In this document: positions 22,000-22,293 of the stretch, piece by piece | Position numbering within the stretch: the stretch's first letter is position 1 | How the letters are laid out: every line of letters begins with the position of its first letter | NCBI RefSeq assembly: GCF_006345805.1 | Contig: NW_021823573.1 | Span: forward strand, 1 to 22,293 | Source of the DNA: Octopus sinensis | Taxonomy: Eukaryota | Reading direction: 5' to 3' | Length of the DNA: 22,293 nucleotides | The notes under the pieces: generated by a model | What the model was told of the DNA's origin: nothing | Databases searched by the model: none | What the model saw: the letters and a program-made list of their open reading frames with translations, nothing else | Position numbers and translations under genes: made by a program

Positions 22000-22293
22000 T
22001 ACTCTTTTTTTTTTACTCTTTTACTTGTTTCAGTCATTTGACTGCGGCCATGCTGGGGCATCGCATTTAGTCGAGCAAATCGACCCCAGGACTTATTCTT
22101 TGTAAGCCTAGTACTTATTTTATCAGTCTCTTTTGCCGACCCGCTAAGTTACGGGGACGTAAACACACCACCATCGGTTATCAAGCGATGATTGGTGGGG
22201 GGGGGACAAACACAGACACAAACATATACACACATATATATATACATATATACGACGGACTTCTTTCAGTTTACGTCTACCGAATCCATTCAC
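22000..22293 (-). mobile_element. SINE family B, continuing beyond the window end
   Basis: Its reverse complement matches ~12130-12418, including the internal microsatellite and the TAAAAGAG tail. Confidence 0.9.

Overview
This is eukaryotic, AT-rich, microsatellite-saturated non-coding DNA (intron or intergenic). The SINE families and repeat landscape look like a coleoid cephalopod, most likely Octopus; that is recognition from memory, not a database result. No host protein-coding gene can be supported, and almost all long ORFs in the track are artefacts of (CATA)n, (AAT)n, (GAA)n, (TA)n and similar arrays. Supported content: (1) a 5'-truncated, frameshifted R4/Dong-type non-LTR retrotransposon at ~4512-5424, with a CCHC knuckle and restriction-like endonuclease, ending in (AAT)n; (2) three copies of an unassigned ~550-bp non-coding element, each embedded in (AAT)n; (3) three tRNA-derived SINE families (here A, B, C) in about 19 copies or fragments; (4) two families of TA-flanked fold-back/MITE-like elements; (5) many simple repeats, including two that have folded back on themselves. 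The most interesting pattern is a possible microsatellite-niche retroelement system: SINE-A (ATT)n tails create arrays that are then occupied by the Dong/R4-type LINE and by the ~550-bp element, a candidate non-autonomous partner. The segment from ~16.8 to 21.5 kb shows signs of lower consensus accuracy, so fine detail there needs caution.
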